Below, in pieces: positions 11,281 to 26,184 of a stretch of DNA of 64,000 bases (position 1 is its first letter; each line of letters opens with the position of its first letter). The DNA is from the human T2T-CHM13v2.0 reference genome, Homo sapiens: NCBI RefSeq assembly GCF_009914755.1, contig NC_060929.1; one strand, 5' to 3'. A program made the translations under genes and the position numbers. Below the pieces are notes generated by a model. It saw only the letters and a program-made list of their open reading frames with translations. It searched no databases and was not told the origin of the DNA.

Positions 11281-13055
11281 GTAAGGCGCGGGCTCCGGCT
11301 GGGGAAGCCCGCGGCGTGCACTGGGGGTTGTCCCTCTCGCAGCGACGGCTTGGAGGGTGCGGGAGCCTGCCTTCGTGCCCTTCGATTTCTCCCTACCTAG
11401 TTAGTGTCTTGAGAGAGAGCTAACCTTCATTCAGGTGCGGCTCGAGTCCTTCCCACCCCACCAGAGCGCCTAGGCCGGTGCAGCTGTAGGATCAGCCCGA
11501 CTCCCTCCCACCTTCCCTCCTTCTCGCAGGCTGCCACTTCCCTTGGGTGACAGCTCCCACCGCACGTGGGCCCTGCTTTCCCAATTGATATCTTTGCTCA
11601 CGATTATAGCTTGCCAGAGGGTCCTGTTTGTCTAGTTATTGTTTAGGGTGGGGGCCGGAGGGTGCCCCTCCAAATCAAGACAGAATTATTAAGTTAGATT
11701 CCTCCTCCTTCCCCTCGTCAAGCTCTCCAAAGCAAGTGACACGAGAAATTAAACTTAAATACTAGCTTCCCTGCAGAGTCTGCTCAGGAGTGAAGGGAGA
11801 AATGAATCATTTAAGAGAGTTGAAGGCAGAATAATGAACTAGTGTGGCTTTAAAGAGAAAGCAGCATATGGGATCCAGGCAGTGGTAATTAGTGAGAATG
11901 GCTGCTGCTTCCCTTCTTTCATGGGCTGGAGTGATTTATTTAAATTATATATGCAACAGACCATCTCCCTAGGATTGCAGATATGTCCCCTATCCCTCCT
12001 CTGAAGATCCAAACAGGTAGCAGTTTGGCCTTCTGCATGATTCCATATGCTTTCGTATTTGTATCCATTGAAAATTATAGTTTTCTTTCCCTTACTTCCT
12101 TTTTTTTTGTCTTTTCTCTCTGTTATCCATAGGTAAGGAGATTTATTTTCAACACTTATTTTAGATCCAGGCTCTTTAGTATAGGGAATCTGAAGATGTA
12201 ATTTCAACGGTTGACAAGTTGCAGCTTCTGTACTTACTACTCCTTTGCAATTTCATTTTTCATTCTCTTTTTGCTGGAAATAGTATTGCTAACAGCCTTT
12301 TTATTTTTTCAAGTCATTGGAGGATCCAGAGCAGGATTCTGGATGTTGGTATTTAGTGGGAAGATGTAATGATCACTGCCCACTCTCCCCCCACTTTGCT
12401 AGTACTATTGAAGGCTCATTGAATATAGATGTGTAAAATAGGCAAACTTCTGAATGAAAATTCAGTGATTTGTCACTGTTAAAAATGTTTTGAAGTATTT
12501 GAGCACTGAATAATGTATACATAAACATCCATTTTTGATCAAGTTTTTCAGTATTCATCTGAAGATCTATTATATATATAGGTGGAAATGAAAGGACAAT
12601 GATGTCGATTTTTGTAAGGTCCAAAACATGCCTGTTATTAATTGTATGATGCGTGACAGTGGAACCATGTAAACCTCTGAGTAAAGGGATGATCTACTTA
12701 AAATTGTTTACTGGGTGTTTTATAAACTACTGTGTAGTAGAGGAAGTGCCTGATGCTGCTGCAGGGACTGTCCCAGTAGCACATCTGTTTTCAGAGTAAC
12801 ATTAACCCTAGATGCCTCAAATAGGCTGACTTATCCACACACGTTGTCTTTATGAATAAGCTTCATCGTCATGAAACTCAAGAAATTCACTTTAATTTGA
12901 AAAATGGGAAAAAAATAAACTGCCAATTGTATACCCCTATGAGATGGTAGCCTGCATAGGAAAAAACTGAGAAATTTGAAGTTTGGGTTTTTTATTTTTC
13001 AGTTCAGAATTACGTGTTGCAGTAAATTTTGGAGGACAAATATTAATCGGTTATA

Positions 13056-13557
13056 CAGAAGCTTCTCAACTTATGATGGTGTTATGTCCCAATAAGCCCA
13101 CTGTAGTTGAAAATATCAGAAGTTGAAAATGCATTTACTACACCTGTGCTAACAAACGTTGTAGCTTAGCCTAGCCTACCTGAAACATGCTCAGAACACT
13201 TAATATTAGCCTACATTTGGGCAAAATCATCTAACATAAAGCCTATTTTATAATAACTGTTAAATACCGTGTACAGATGGGATTTTGTAGACATGGTGAG
13301 ATATGAAACACAAAACACAATATTCAAAAAACACTGACAACAGAGAACACTCTAGAGTTCCGGTTGTTTACCCTCCTGTGGTTAACTGGGAGCTGTGGCT
13401 AATGGCCGGTGCCCAGCATCAGAGAGAGTATCCTACCATGTATAGTTCAGGAAAAGATCAAAATTTGAAGTACGATTTCTACTGAATGCTATCACTTTCC
13501 CACCATCATAAAAGTCGAAAAATTGTAAGTTAAGCCCATCCTATTGGAGACCCTCTG
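13056..13557. mobile_element. MER47/Tigger5-type TcMar DNA transposon
   Basis: TA|CAGAAGCTTCTCAACTTATGATGG...GGAGACCCTCTG ends; internal GCTTAGCCTAGCCTACCT...GCTCAGAACACTT motif. Confidence 0.8.
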
Positions 13558-15144
13558 TCTATACATTGCTAAGATTCTCGCTCTATTATCTAGTCTTATG
13601 ATTACTGTAAAAGATCACAGAGTTAAACTACATTGAGGAACAATAAAAGCTAAAATGTCTTACTTAGGCTCTGTTTGTCAGCAGTAAAGCGTATTGTTAG
13701 GTAAGTTTTCTGTACATGGCAGCATTCGTGGGGTGCATGCTTACTCTGGCTGAGACTTTGAGAAGTATCATTTTCATTATCAGAAATTTTTAAGTAAATA
13801 AACTTAAAACATCAACTACTATTCTAGATATAATTATTAAGAATCGATAGAGCCAGAGAATGCAACAGAATGATGATCGTAGATATTGGCTGAGTGACTA
13901 AAATCTTCTTTCTTCCTACACTAGAGATCAAGTTGAACTCAGGTCATCAGTTTCAAGCCTTTACTCTCAGCTTTGGACCAAATCCACCTGCTAGTGTGAC
14001 TCTAATTCATTAGTAATGCAGTTGTCATTAATATACTAAGAGAACAGTGCTTCTGGTGTTACGTGTTGCTGTTGTGGTTAGCTCTAGAAAGTAGACAGTC
14101 TCCACCAGAATTAGTGATTTGTTGGCTCCTCCATTACAGTTGTCTGTTGTAAAGTAGTGACTCCTGATTGCAAGAAGATTGGACGGTGACCACTGGGGCG
14201 ATACACCCTGAGGATGTGTTTGGGAACTCAAGGGGAGCTAAACTCCCAAGGCTATATCCACCTGAAGCCCCTGGATAGTGCTGGCGAAGGCAGGTGCTGG
14301 CAGCACTGATCCACATGGAGCCATTGAGACCAAGACAGATGTGCTCACTTTCTTTTGGCAGGGAGGGCATAGAGTATAGGGGTTACGGGTGAATTAAAAG
14401 TATCAGGCAAAGTAATTTTCCTAAAATCACATTTGAAGACACTGTTTTGTTCATAGAGTTTTTCAAAAAGTTTACAAAAATCATGACACACACACATTCA
14501 ACTCTACTTAAAAATACGAATTGGCCATGATCCTATTCAGGGCTCCAGATCCTCGAGAGCAGTTGGTCTTTTGCCCAGTGATTTGAGAAACTGGCATTTT
14601 AAAGGCTTTTCTGAGGGAGAAGGGAGCTGCCTCTGGTCCAGATCCCGCCCAGTGGTTTGGCACATGGAATGACAGGAAATGGCCCAGCCTGCTTGGTGGT
14701 GCAGATTTCGTCTGTGCATGCAAACCCATGTCCTGTTTTCAGTTGTCTCACCTTTAGTTTCTCACTGTTGTTCCATGTTGAAAGAAAAGATGATAAGAAA
14801 ACCAGATGTATTCCCAGACATACAAATCCAAGGAAACCAAACCAAATGAAAGATAATTAGAACAAGAGAAGAATGTGTTAAACTATTTTGGAACCTTTTT
14901 TTTCTTTAAATTTAGTTCCCATTCCACTTACTGTAGTTTCTTTAGGCTAGGCACTTTGCATACTCCTCCCCACTGCAATGTAATTTTAAATAATACATTT
15001 ATGTGTCACATTTATGTAAACACAATTATGTGTATACATTTATAATTTTAAATACATTTATTTGTCAACTCAATTAAACTAATTATATAGGATCCCTTGC
15101 TATATGTATTATTGTTTAGGAACCAAATAGATTTCCATAGTAAG

Positions 15145-15146
<2 letters not shown>

Positions 15147-15184
<38 letters not shown>
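15147..15184. repeat. (GT)19 microsatellite
   Basis: Read directly. Confidence 0.97.
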
Positions 15185-15187
<3 letters not shown>

Positions 15188-15756
15188 AAACAGAAACAAT
15201 TTCATAAAACAGTGTTTATTCTTATTACCAGCAATGCACTTTAATATTTTCTATTATATGCTGTTTGATTTCATCTATTTTGTTAAAAAAACTTGGCTGA
15301 ACCCATGTGATTTCACATCCCACTAATGTGTTGTGATTCAGTTTGAAAAGTGCTGTTGTAGGCCATAAATCTGTGTGTGATAGATTAAGCTATGAGGCAG
15401 AGTCTTTTAAAGAAATTCCCTGCAGACCAATTGGCAACATTGGGTGGTATCCTTTTGGCACAGCCCTGTAGAGAAAAAGGCTCCTATCTTTGCCTCCAGG
15501 TCATTACTGATTTTTCCCCTTCTAAACATTTTGGAAAAACTCTGGTGTCTCCCTAAGGTCTGCTGGGCACACAGTAATTTGAACTGGCTAAGAGTGCCAG
15601 GGGCTGTGTTGGGAAGGAACTCAGAGACTGAGAAGTGGTATATTCTACATGGTAACATGTATTCTGGCTCCAGGTCACAGTGAGCAAATGCTTTCTATAA
15701 GGAAACACGAAAGCGTGCATTTTCTAAGAGAAGGGCTTCAGCCAATGTTCTTGGCT

Positions 15757-16164
15757 TGTCTTAGTGCTCTTGGCTCTGGTTGATATAACAAGATGTCTTA
15801 GACTGGGTGGCTTAAACAATAAATATGCATTTCTCACAGCTCTGGAGGCTAGGAAGTCCAAGATCAGGGTCCCAGCCAATGCATTTCCTCAGTTAGGACT
15901 CTCTGTTTTGCAGATGGCTGCCTTCTCGCTGTGTCGTCACAAGGCAGAGAGGAAGAGAGAAAGAGAGGGGAAGAGAGAAAGAAACCAAGCTCTCTGGTGC
16001 CTCTTCTTACAAGTGCACTGATCCCACGATGAGGGGTTTAGCTGCATAACCTCATACTAAACATAATTACCTTCCAAAAGCCCCACCTATAAATACCATC
16101 ATATTGGAGTTGGAATAAGGCTTCAACATGTGAATTTTGAGGGGACACAATTCAGTCCACAGCA
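15757..16164 (-). mobile_element. MaLR solo LTR (MLT1A/MST-like)
   Basis: TG...CA termini; AGACTGGGTGGCTTAAACAA and CTGGAGGCTAGGAAGTCCAAGATCA motifs; perfect 5-bp TSD TGGCT (15752-15756 / 16165-16169). Confidence 0.9.
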
Positions 16165-16524
16165 TGGCTGCTGAAGAAACAGATTCTCCTTTTTTTTGGT
16201 CAACCAATTTCCTAAACCATTCTCGTGACCAGAGCTTCTTAGATCCTTGATTTTTTCCGACACCATGCTTTAGGGCCCCATGGCCTATCTGGGTAGGTAT
16301 ACTGCTGGCTTCTGATCTCCTGCTACACACACTGCACTTAGAAGCTCCAGCTCTTGGGGGATGGTAGGTTTTTTTATCTTACTAGGAATTAAAAATATAC
16401 TTGTGCCAACCCTGTCTTGTTCTCTGTGCATCTGATTCTTTTCTCAGGCAGTTGACTCAGGAGCAAGGTGGGATTGCAAGTGGGAGAATAAAAACTGGGG
16501 CTTCATAGGGTCTTCCCAGGAACA

Positions 16525-16632
16525 CTGACTGTAAGCTTCCAGAAGGCAGAGTCTGTGGGTTTGGCTGGTTCACTATTATGTGCTCATGTCTAGCAGAGCA
16601 CTTAGTACTTAACAGGTACTCAACAAATGATT
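16525..16632 (+). mobile_element. L2 3' end
   Basis: GACTGTAAGCTTCCAGAAGGCAG...AGCAGAGCACTTAGTAC...CTCAACAAATGA. Confidence 0.7.
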
Positions 16633-17942
16633 TTAAAGAGGGTGAATCAATGATAATGAAATGGGCCGGGTGCAGCATGTGTACCCGCTTCCTCTTCTTT
16701 GAGGTCTTGGTCCTGATGTCGTAGTGATATTGATTCTAGTGACCCTAGGATAAGGAGAATACTGTAACCCTTTTCTCTTCTCCCTAAAACTTGCCTGACA
16801 ATAACCCTAATCTCAATCAGCATTGGTTTTCTTTCTTCAGTGTGAGTATTGGTAGCTGCCACCTCTGTAGCTTGCTGTTGTTAAAAATAATGTCACTTTT
16901 CTGTTGGCAGAGTGTTTTGTGGCTCTGAAATGAAAGGGATTCAGTTTCACCTTCACTGTCACTTTACCACAGGTGTATCAGAATTAGGAGTTAAATCAAG
17001 TTGGACTAAAAGGCATGAAATGCCTCCAAGCTATACCATCCACTAAAGTTAATGCATAGTAAATGCTAAATTTGGAAATATACTCACTGTAAAAACCTTA
17101 AAATCAAGTGAAGACTACGATAACATCATTGCTTTAAGAGCACACTACTTTTCCATGTTTAAATACTGTCACAAGGTTAAAAATAACTCCAGATTTTGGG
17201 GGAAAAAAAAAAAAAAGACACAGGTGCCATCTGCTTCTAAACTGTTCTGGAGAACTTGAAAGAGAGAGAGAAAAAGAACACTAACCACAAAATAGCTTCA
17301 AAGAACTTTCTTGTAAACACTTTACCCTCAGACATATATGTGTGGGTTATGTGTTTGCAGTAATACATTTAAGAACAAAGTAGTGTTAGCCAAGTGAAGT
17401 GTTTCAACTACTAGTTATTTTTTGTTAATAATTTTTTTCTTTTTTTCCTCTTTTTTTTTAAAAAAAATAAAGGGTTTTTTAAAAACTCTTTTGGGAAAGC
17501 TACGTATCTAATAAACAGAATATTGATTTTGTAAAATTTCAAGGTCAAATTCATACTGCAAAATATGGTGTTTGAGGCAAGGAACCATGTAATTCAGGAC
17601 AAAGAGGAACTTTTCATGAAGTTGATAGCAGCTAGAGTCAAGGTTTTACTCAAATTATATTGATCTTTACCTCAGTTTTCTTGATCTATTTGTAGTACAG
17701 GATTATCTGAAGATTTCATGACTCCAATGGTTTAATTAGGAAGTTAGGTCTAAATATCGAAGGCATAGTATTAGCACATAAAGGATGTGGACCCTTCAAT
17801 ACAGTTTGTCAGAGATTTTCCTCAGTCATTATCTTGTCAGTGGTAAAGATCAAATAAAGAAAAGAACAGTGTCTGGAGAGACAGTGATTCATAGTGATGG
17901 GTAAAGGGTAATGCAAGTAGACCTTCCTCTTTTCTCTTAGAC

Positions 17943-18145
17943 TAGGGTTTCTCAATCTAGGCACTATAGACTTCTGGCCCAGGAAATTCCTTGTTGTGGG
18001 GGCTGTCCTGTGCACTGTAGGATGTTTAACAGTGTCCCTGGCCTCTACCTACTAGCTGCCAGTAGTGACACCCTTATAAGTTGTTAAACCAAAACTGTCT
18101 CTAAACATTGTCAAATGTGTCCCCTCTCTCCTCTTGAGAATCATG
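17943..18145. mobile_element. MER20 (hAT-Charlie)
   Basis: GGTTTCTCAATCTAGGCACT...GGGGGCTGTCCTGTGCACTGTAGGATGTTTAACAG...CCCTGGCCTCTACC. Confidence 0.85.
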
Positions 18146-19489
18146 TCTTGAAGCTAGTGTTTTACACATTTTCTTTCAGTTATGTAGATAGTGAACAACA
18201 ACAAGGAGATTGATAGATTATGTTAATTTGGCTTTACTGAGTATCTGCTACAACCAAATGTTTCTCCCATTTCTATGTATTACCATAAGATTTCTGTTTT
18301 ATGTGTATTCCACTTCTGCTATTTGCTTAATATTTTTATTTAAATTACCTTATTTTGTTAACCTAAATTTATTTACCAAGAATACAATTTTCACTAAATT
18401 GAAAACTGTGAATAAAAGCAAATTGTATATGCCATAAATAGAAACAAATTGTAAAAATAAATTGTAATGGAAACATAACATTTTTAGTAAATTATAGCTA
18501 GACTTGTCCACATGCAGAAGGCTGTAACTCTGAGGACTGATTTCTTCCTTAAAAAAGAGATGATCAAAGATTAGCAGAGTTAAAACCAGAGTAGCACAAA
18601 TTGAAGTTTTCTTCTTGATGTAATCAGAATCATTGAAAAGTAATTGAAAAGAAAAGGATGTTCTCGCTCTCTCTTTTATTCCTTGTTATTTAATTCCATG
18701 CGTTTGTGCTACCTAAAGTCCTCTTGTTTATAAGTCTAAGCTTTTCAATAATTCTGACCTAGACGATGTATGCTGGCAGTGTGCATGTGGTGGGGTAAGG
18801 GCCTAGAGTGTAAATGAGCATGATAAATCAATATTTGGCCTCCAAGTGCATAGGGTACTACTAATAAGGCACCAACAATATATTTAATAAAAGATAAATT
18901 AATGAATAAGTAAAATGAATAAAACTTATTAGAAATCTAAGAACAATAGCCATCTTCATGACAGAGTTGTGACAGAGAGGACTGGGGTGTCTTTATGGGG
19001 GAGGGGTAGACTCTGAAATTTGGCAGGATTTTAATAGGTAGAGCACTGGCAAACAGCATGTCAGGCAGATGGTACATTCTAAGAAGAGGCAAAAAAAGGA
19101 CAGAAAAATTCAGGATATACATTTTTGTTTTGCAAAATTTATAAAGCATGAACATTGCAATGGCAGATTGGGTCAGCAGGGTAAGTTGATGTCAGACCAA
19201 AGACAACCTGTTTAAAAAAAACAAAAAGAGTAGGCTTGTGTCACTTGAAAACCACTTTGTAGATAAAGTAACCATTGTGAGAGAAAAACGTCAGCTATAG
19301 AAGCAGCTGGGTCTTGGGCTGAGGTTGTGGGACTCAGAATTTGCCACTACCTATAATGTAGATCAAACATGGGGCTAGATAAGAGAAAACTGATGATGTA
19401 AATTTTTTTTTTTTTTTAAGGAAAAAACAATCCCATAGCCTATGACTAGGTAAGAAAGGAGAAATGTTGGACTTAGATTGGTTACCTAG

Positions 19490-19795
19490 ACCAGGTAAAG
19501 AGTGAGTAAAAAGAGACAGTAAGTATTTTAGGCTTGAAGGCCATTCAGTCTCTGATGCAGCTCTACCCTCTGCCATGGTTGAGAGAAAGCAGGCATAGAC
19601 AACATACAGACAATAGCACATTACTGTGTTCCAGTGACATGTCATTTATGACAGTAAAATTTGACTTTCATATAATTTTCACATCACAAAATAGTATTCT
19701 TCTTTTGATTTTTAAAAATGCAAAAATTGTTTTTAGATTGCAGACTCTAGAAAATCAAACGGCTCCTAGGTCTGGTCTGTGGTTTGCTAACCTAG
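19490..19795. mobile_element. MER58-like hAT element
   Basis: AGTAAGTATTTTAGGCTT...AAAGCAGGCATAGACAA...GTGGTTTGCTAACC. Confidence 0.65.
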
Positions 19796-22700
19796 ACCAG
19801 TCAAGCTAAACTTCTGCTCCTCCCCAGTTGCATGAGAATTTCAGGTTAAAATGATATCAAATCTTAACTTATTCAAGGAACTACCTTTAGTCTCTCTTTC
19901 ACTTTGAAAATGTCAACTTTTTATTAGTTTTCCACGTGGGCACAAGCTTTAAATGCATACTCATCTTTTATCAAAATCTACTGAAACTGCTACAGTTACA
20001 GTTCTTACCAATGTAACATGTTGGCTAGTTCCATTTCTCTCTTTCTTCCTCCTATTTCTTTTTGTCTGATACTGATTATATGACTGATGTTTACTTCACA
20101 TAATGTTTGTGAAAATGAAGAGCCTTTATTCGAAGGGCGTGAAAGTTAAATTTCCATACCGTGAACAATGTTCATATCAAAAGACTATTTATTGGCGGGT
20201 AATTTGTTTTGTACATAATAACTAAATAGGTTTCAAATTGATAATTCCTCTATTATATTTAGAGTGACAATAATATGCTAAATAAATTACTGATGAAAGA
20301 TTTTCCTCTAACTAGTAAAGTTGAATTAATTTTTCCATTTGCTAGTATTAGCTGTGTGTTGAATAATCCTTCTATATGCTATGCAGATGTCTCAGGTGGA
20401 TAATTAAGGTCATTTAAATGAGGAACCTGTTTAAGCAATCTTTTGAAAACTTAAAATTACTCCTTTTTTATATATTGAATAGAGTTAAATTAAATCAGCC
20501 ACTCATATTTCGACTATAGCAGAGGTCTATAAGGTGGGATGCCCGTAGCCAGGGTATGTGTAATACAATGAGGTGCTAGAAGAAAGTATTAGAGAATCTG
20601 TTTTGGTTTCTTTTTTTAATTTTTGTCTTTAATTTTTATTTTTGGATGTTTTAAAAAGCACATTAATGTTGGTTAAGTAACACATATATACCATTAATAG
20701 GTACGTTAGTGTACACAGTTTGGAAGCATGTGCTCAAAAAACATTTTATTGGATGGTGACTGGGTCAAAGAATGGTAGTCATAAGTGGATACTGAATAAA
20801 CTTCTTTATATTTAAATAACATTCTACTTTATGAAAAGTGAGTTTAAAGCAAATATACAGATAAATATGCAAACAAAAAATCATATTGCAAGGTGTGTCT
20901 TTGTGCAGAAAGGGGAAGTGGGTACATACGTGCAACTGTTATGCATCTCAAGACTACTTGATGAACGGTTTTGATAAGAACTTACTGCCATTGTAACCAA
21001 AACAGTCACATAGAAGAAAACAGAATGAGAGTAAAGGAATACAGATTGCACATCAAGCAGAGGGTGAACTTAACTTTGGCTTCAACAACAAAGTTTCAGT
21101 GGTCATGGAGTTGAGAGGGAAAAAGAGTAGAGAAATAGGGTTTGTTTGCAAGAATCTCAATTTTAATATAACTAATGCACTTCGTGGCAAATTTTGCCAA
21201 CTGCTGGCTTAGGCAGCTAAAGGCACTGACCTAAAGTGTTTTGTGGACAGTACTTGAAGAGTTGTGGGCATTAGTGCCAGGATGCTGAGCTTAACCCTGT
21301 TAGCAAATGTGTTGTTACCACTTGCTTGTTAAGTCATGTTTCAGGGTAGTATGGCTCAAAAATTTACCAGGTACCGAAATATTTCATGGAAAAAAATAAA
21401 GAAGGCTAGATTTGAGACCACCATCTGATTGGAATAGTCTCTGAAAAAAGATAATGGATAGGACACGTTCTTACCTGTTTTCTTTACAAGTTTGTAGTAG
21501 CATGCTTTGTTAAAAGTGCACTTTCTTTGATATATGTCATGCCTGTAGACAGAACTTGACTAATATTATAAACTGGAACATAGAAGTGGAGAAGATAACA
21601 GATCTATAATTGTGCTCACACATGTCTTGTTACCTACAATGAAGTATTTGAATGATGTCTCCCTATTTTAGGTCTTTATGGACTGTTTAATAGAGACCTT
21701 CACTTGCATTTTACTTTTCATTGCTCAGAATGTTGCACTGTTAGTTTGGTTTGCCTTACTTTTACTGATTTGAAGGGACAATTCATGACTACTTTAATTT
21801 AGTAAGCAGCTGCCTTCCACTTAGGACTCTAACAGACACACAAAGTTGTTCTTTAGTTGCGAAAACTGCTCTAAGATTAGTGTTTACCTGGATTTTCATA
21901 TTTGCTGCTTATTCATTCAAATAAGTCATTTTTATTCAAAGCTCTCCGTCAGGGCAACCACTGAGAAAATAAGACTATGCTATTAAATGTGACCAAATTC
22001 AAAATATGTAATTCAATAAATCAGCCTGGCCTAGAGTGTTCAGTTCTAATAGGCCTCTAAAGGGTTCTTCTTGACTGGAAACATTTTAGTGACTCCTGAG
22101 GGACCCTGGGCTCTTCCTCTCTTTTTCCCCTCAATGTGAACATGTACACTAATAACAATGTTCAATGAGGTAAACTCGTGAGCTCTCTGAGTGCAACCTG
22201 TAACTGGAGGCAAACTAAGAACGTAATAAACAGAGCTTATCATATGTATGTGTGACACACCAATGAAGTGGGAACCTGAGAAAATTTTCAGGATGATCTC
22301 CAGAAAACCAGTGCAGTTCTTTAAAATATTGACCTACTGAGGAAATGGAATGTCAGGACTGAGCTAAGGGCTGTTGGGATTGGGGGAAGTGGTTGGCCTA
22401 AGGATCTGGCTTGGGCCAGGCAAGGGCAGCAGAGCGTTGGTCCGAGCCTGAGCCAAGTAGTGGAGGGGAGTGATCCTCGGGGAGCCACCTCTAAGGGGAG
22501 AGGTGGGTGAGGCAGCTACTCAGGGTGGCTCTGAGGCGGGGAGCACCAAGCAGGCCATTCTGGACAGCTGGATTGGTGAAGATGAAGGTCTGCTGAGCAA
22601 GGCAGGGGCTAAGACAGGAACAGGCAGGACACAATTGTTACTTGACGGCCCTGCCTCTTTGGGCATAAAGCCCCGCACCTCACTCAGCTTCATTTGTAAA

Positions 22701-23039
22701 GTGAAGATTGTGGTAGTGTGTTCTCCACGTCATTTCTGTGACAATCAAATGAGATCACAAATGTGAAACACTGAGCTCCATACCCAGCACATAAACTTAA
22801 TATTATTCCCCACACAGGCCACAAGGTGGGAAGTAGGAGATAATGACTCCCACTTGTGTATTGATAGGATAAATACCTTACTTAGTTCAGTTTATACAGC
22901 CTTGTTAGCAATCTGAGCTCAACTTCCAGGCCAGCCTCCTTCCCCACCACTTCTCTTCTGTAATTACCATCATGGGATATTTACTAGGAGCTTGGTGTGA
23001 TTATACTGTCTTTAAGTACGTTGCTAGTTAGTTCGAGAA

Positions 23040-23200
23040 TACTACCAGGTGTTTATCACCAGCACCAATTCACAAGGATGAGCCTGAGGCTCAGAATGGT
23101 GAAGCACCTTGTCTAAGCTCACACAGCCAGGTGGAGAGGAGCAGAGCTGAGATTCAAGCCCTGGTTTGTCAGACTTCAGCACTCATGCTCTTTTGCTCTA
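23040..23200 (-). mobile_element. MIR SINE
   Basis: GATGAGCCTGAGGCTCAGAATGGTGAAGCACCTTGTCTAAGCTCACACAGC...GATTCAAGCCCTGG (MIR core). Confidence 0.75.
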
Positions 23201-23674
23201 CCTGCCTTGGCTGCACAGATGCCTCAGTGATCTTCATATCTCTGTGGTGTTAAGCATGAAACTCTCTTGGCCTGAAATGTGCCTCTCCTATGAATCCCTC
23301 CAGGACAGTCATCCACCTCAGGTAGAAAGTTTCTGCCCTTTCCCCACTCACACCATTTCATAATTCCCCATCTCCAGTGTTTATGGTCTTACAGGTGAAT
23401 GCTTTGTCGTCTTCACCACCAGAACATCTGCTTATTGGGCAGAGGAACCCCATATCTTATCCCTCTTTTATTCCTACTACTAGGCCCATCCCTCAGCCTA
23501 ATGCCTGCCTCCCCTTAAGTGTTTCTGGAACATTATGTGAATGAACAAATGTCAGAGGAATTAGGCAAATAGCTGCAAGAAAATCAGCGGTACTTAAAAC
23601 TGTCTTTCTTCAGGATGTTTTTTTCTATACGAACCCACTTCTAAACTAGCACACCGAAATTACTTGTTCAGTAC

Positions 23675-23800
23675 GTGTCTCCCTCTCATTAGAATGTAAG
23701 CTCTTGAGGCTCTGGTTTCTGTCCCTTTGTTCCCTGCTGTGTCCCCAGAATCTTAGCACAATGCCTAGTTTATAGTGAACACTCATTACATATTTGCTGA
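23675..23800 (+). mobile_element. L2 3' end
   Basis: TAGAATGTAAGCTCTTGAGG...CTTAGCACAATGCCTAG...ATATTTGCTGA. Confidence 0.75.
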
Positions 23801-24896
23801 GTAATATATCAGTTGCACCCATGGGGTTTCCACAATTGAAACTCCTTTTGAACCCAGGGAGCTCTGGTCTTTTGTCAGTCATCTCTATCTTAAAGAGCCC
23901 CCATCTCTAAGTGATCAGGGATACTGTCACCTTCTGTGAGGAGATTATCTACCTCTAAGATCCCTTCTAGTCCCAACCATGTGTGCACCTGCGTTTTCTT
24001 CCAGTTGAATTCTCTGGGCGATCACCTTAGTTCTTTATGTTGTTTAGGAGACAGAGCAGCTTTTGAAGTAAGTAGGGCTCTAAGCCTGAAAGGCTTTCTA
24101 AGTGTGTTGGAGGATCCTCACATAAATTTTATTCTCATTTTGTGCTTTCTAAATGCATCACCTTTAAAAAATGTACCTATTGTTACATTCACTCATTTGT
24201 ACTTCCTGCTGTAGACTATACAAATGCTAGCACTAGTTGTAGATATCTAGGACAAGATTTAGAAGAAAGTATGTTTCCTGGCTTCCTCTACCCCTCTAGT
24301 TTTGCTTTTAGAAAAGAATCATTCTTTTTAAAAAGCTTGACTTATGACCTATTTGTGGCTATGTAACCAGTTAGCAATGTCCTGTCACATGGTTGGGTAA
24401 CATATCCCCTGACTTGACCATAGGAGGGGAAGGAAGACCTAAGGAGAGGGTCTTGAAGGAGATAAGAGCATAAATAGTCTGTTCCATGTCTATCTATATT
24501 TGGGGATATTATTTAAAAGCCATCTACTGAAATGCTTAATCATCGATCAAAAAGAAATGCAGCTTGACATAACTTCCAAGTAGGGTTATTAACTTTACAT
24601 TCCTGATGTTTATGCACTGTCAAAGTAATTATTCTGGAAATGTGTACCTTCCCATCTTTCTTTTGACAACCAGAGGCCAGGGGAGCGTGGTGAAAGGAAA
24701 CTGTGGGTGGGAAGCAGAGAGGCAGACACAGGGCTGAGGGGCAGAAGGGAGGCCACTCCTTACCAGCTTTACTTCTTGTTTTCTGAGTCCAGTTACCCCT
24801 AGGCCCAGAGCACTTCTCCGTCCCCTCCTGATTTCTCCCTGTTTCCTTCATCTCTCCAGAGCCTAGGTACCAGTCATTTCCTTGTATCTGCCCATC

Positions 24897-25251
24897 TTAT
24901 GGAATGAATGTTTATTCCTCCAAAGGCATGTATTGAGACCCTAACTCCCAATACGATGGGGTTTGGAGATGTGCCTTCGGCAGAAAATTAGGTTTAGGTG
25001 AGGTGATGAGGCATTAGTGCTCTTATTAAAAGAGTTGTGAGAGCTTGCTCGCTCGCTGTCTCTCATCACTGACCATGGAGGACACAGCAAGAAGTCTGCA
25101 AGCCTGGAAGAGAGTTCTCATCAGAACCCGACCACACTGGCACCCGATTGCAGACTTCCAGCCCTCAGAACTGTGAAAAAAATGTTTTTTTTTTTTAAGT
25201 TAAGCCACCCCAGTCTGTGGCACTTTGTTACCAGCCAGAGCAGAGAAAGAC
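24897..25251 (+). mobile_element. MaLR solo LTR (MLT1A-like)
   Basis: TATGGAATGAATGT...GACTTCCAGCCCTCAGAACTGTGA...TAAGCCACCCCAGTCTGTGGCACTTTGTTA...AAGACA. Confidence 0.82.
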
Positions 25252-25444
25252 AGCCCTGTACCCTTTTCCCCCATTTGGCACCTGTCTGACGTCGCAGTTT
25301 GAGGAGTGATCTGCTCTTCTTTCTCAGATGCCTGACATTTCCTCCCAGATACTGGGTAAAGGAGGCCAGAACCCCACTTCACAAGGAGTAAAGCTCCTTA
25401 CTTGTTTTATCTAGGATGGCTAAAGCTGACTCTCAGAGGCTCTT

Positions 25445-25477
<33 letters not shown>

Positions 25478-26184
25478 GGAGGTGGGCTCCCTAGCATGCC
25501 TCCACCTTGCCAGACCCTAGACTGGGACAATTCTTCTGTGGCTACATCCCCACTTCCACTCGTGCCTTCCAGGCACTAGCACCTTGGATCCCACTGTGCA
25601 TCCGTACCTGTTGGCTTTCCAAGTGTCAATGCCTGCCAGCTCCTGGTACATTATTTCCTCAGCAGCTGGCACGGGATTTTTTGTTGCCAACTAGAAGCTC
25701 AGCTATTAAAAAATAAAACTTGGCGCATCTTGAGTATCATATGTTTTCATCAGGACTTGAATCTGTATTCTGGCACAGCTCACACGATCACTTTGGGGAC
25801 CTCTCTCAGGACTAGGAACCCAGTATTCCTCTGGGTCTTTGACCGTGTTTTCACCTTATTCTGAATATATTCTCAAACCTTGAAAAACCTATGATGCTTA
25901 CGATTAATTCGAGGTCTGTTTTACTTGTGTTTTGCTTGGTTTTATTGGATTTTTTTTAACCTTGTCAGTGTTTCTTTAGCACTAGGTTGCTTTCTCTGGC
26001 TGTTATTGTCAGTTTTCTATCTTAAATTATAAATTCCCGAGAATAAGATTCATGTTTCTCAGGTTAATGAATAGCTAACACACAACACTGAAATGGGGAC
26101 CTTTACTGCATGTCTTTGCATGAACATGAGGTTATCCAAGAAGGGAGATTTTTATTTGCAGGGATTGTTAAATATTAAGATAAA

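Larger units (their letters stand above)
10400..11580. promoter_or_regulatory. CAMK4: CpG island / CAMK4 promoter
   Basis: The only GC- and CpG-dense segment in the window. Contains GC boxes and purine-rich G-tracts and surrounds the first coding exon. Confidence 0.92.
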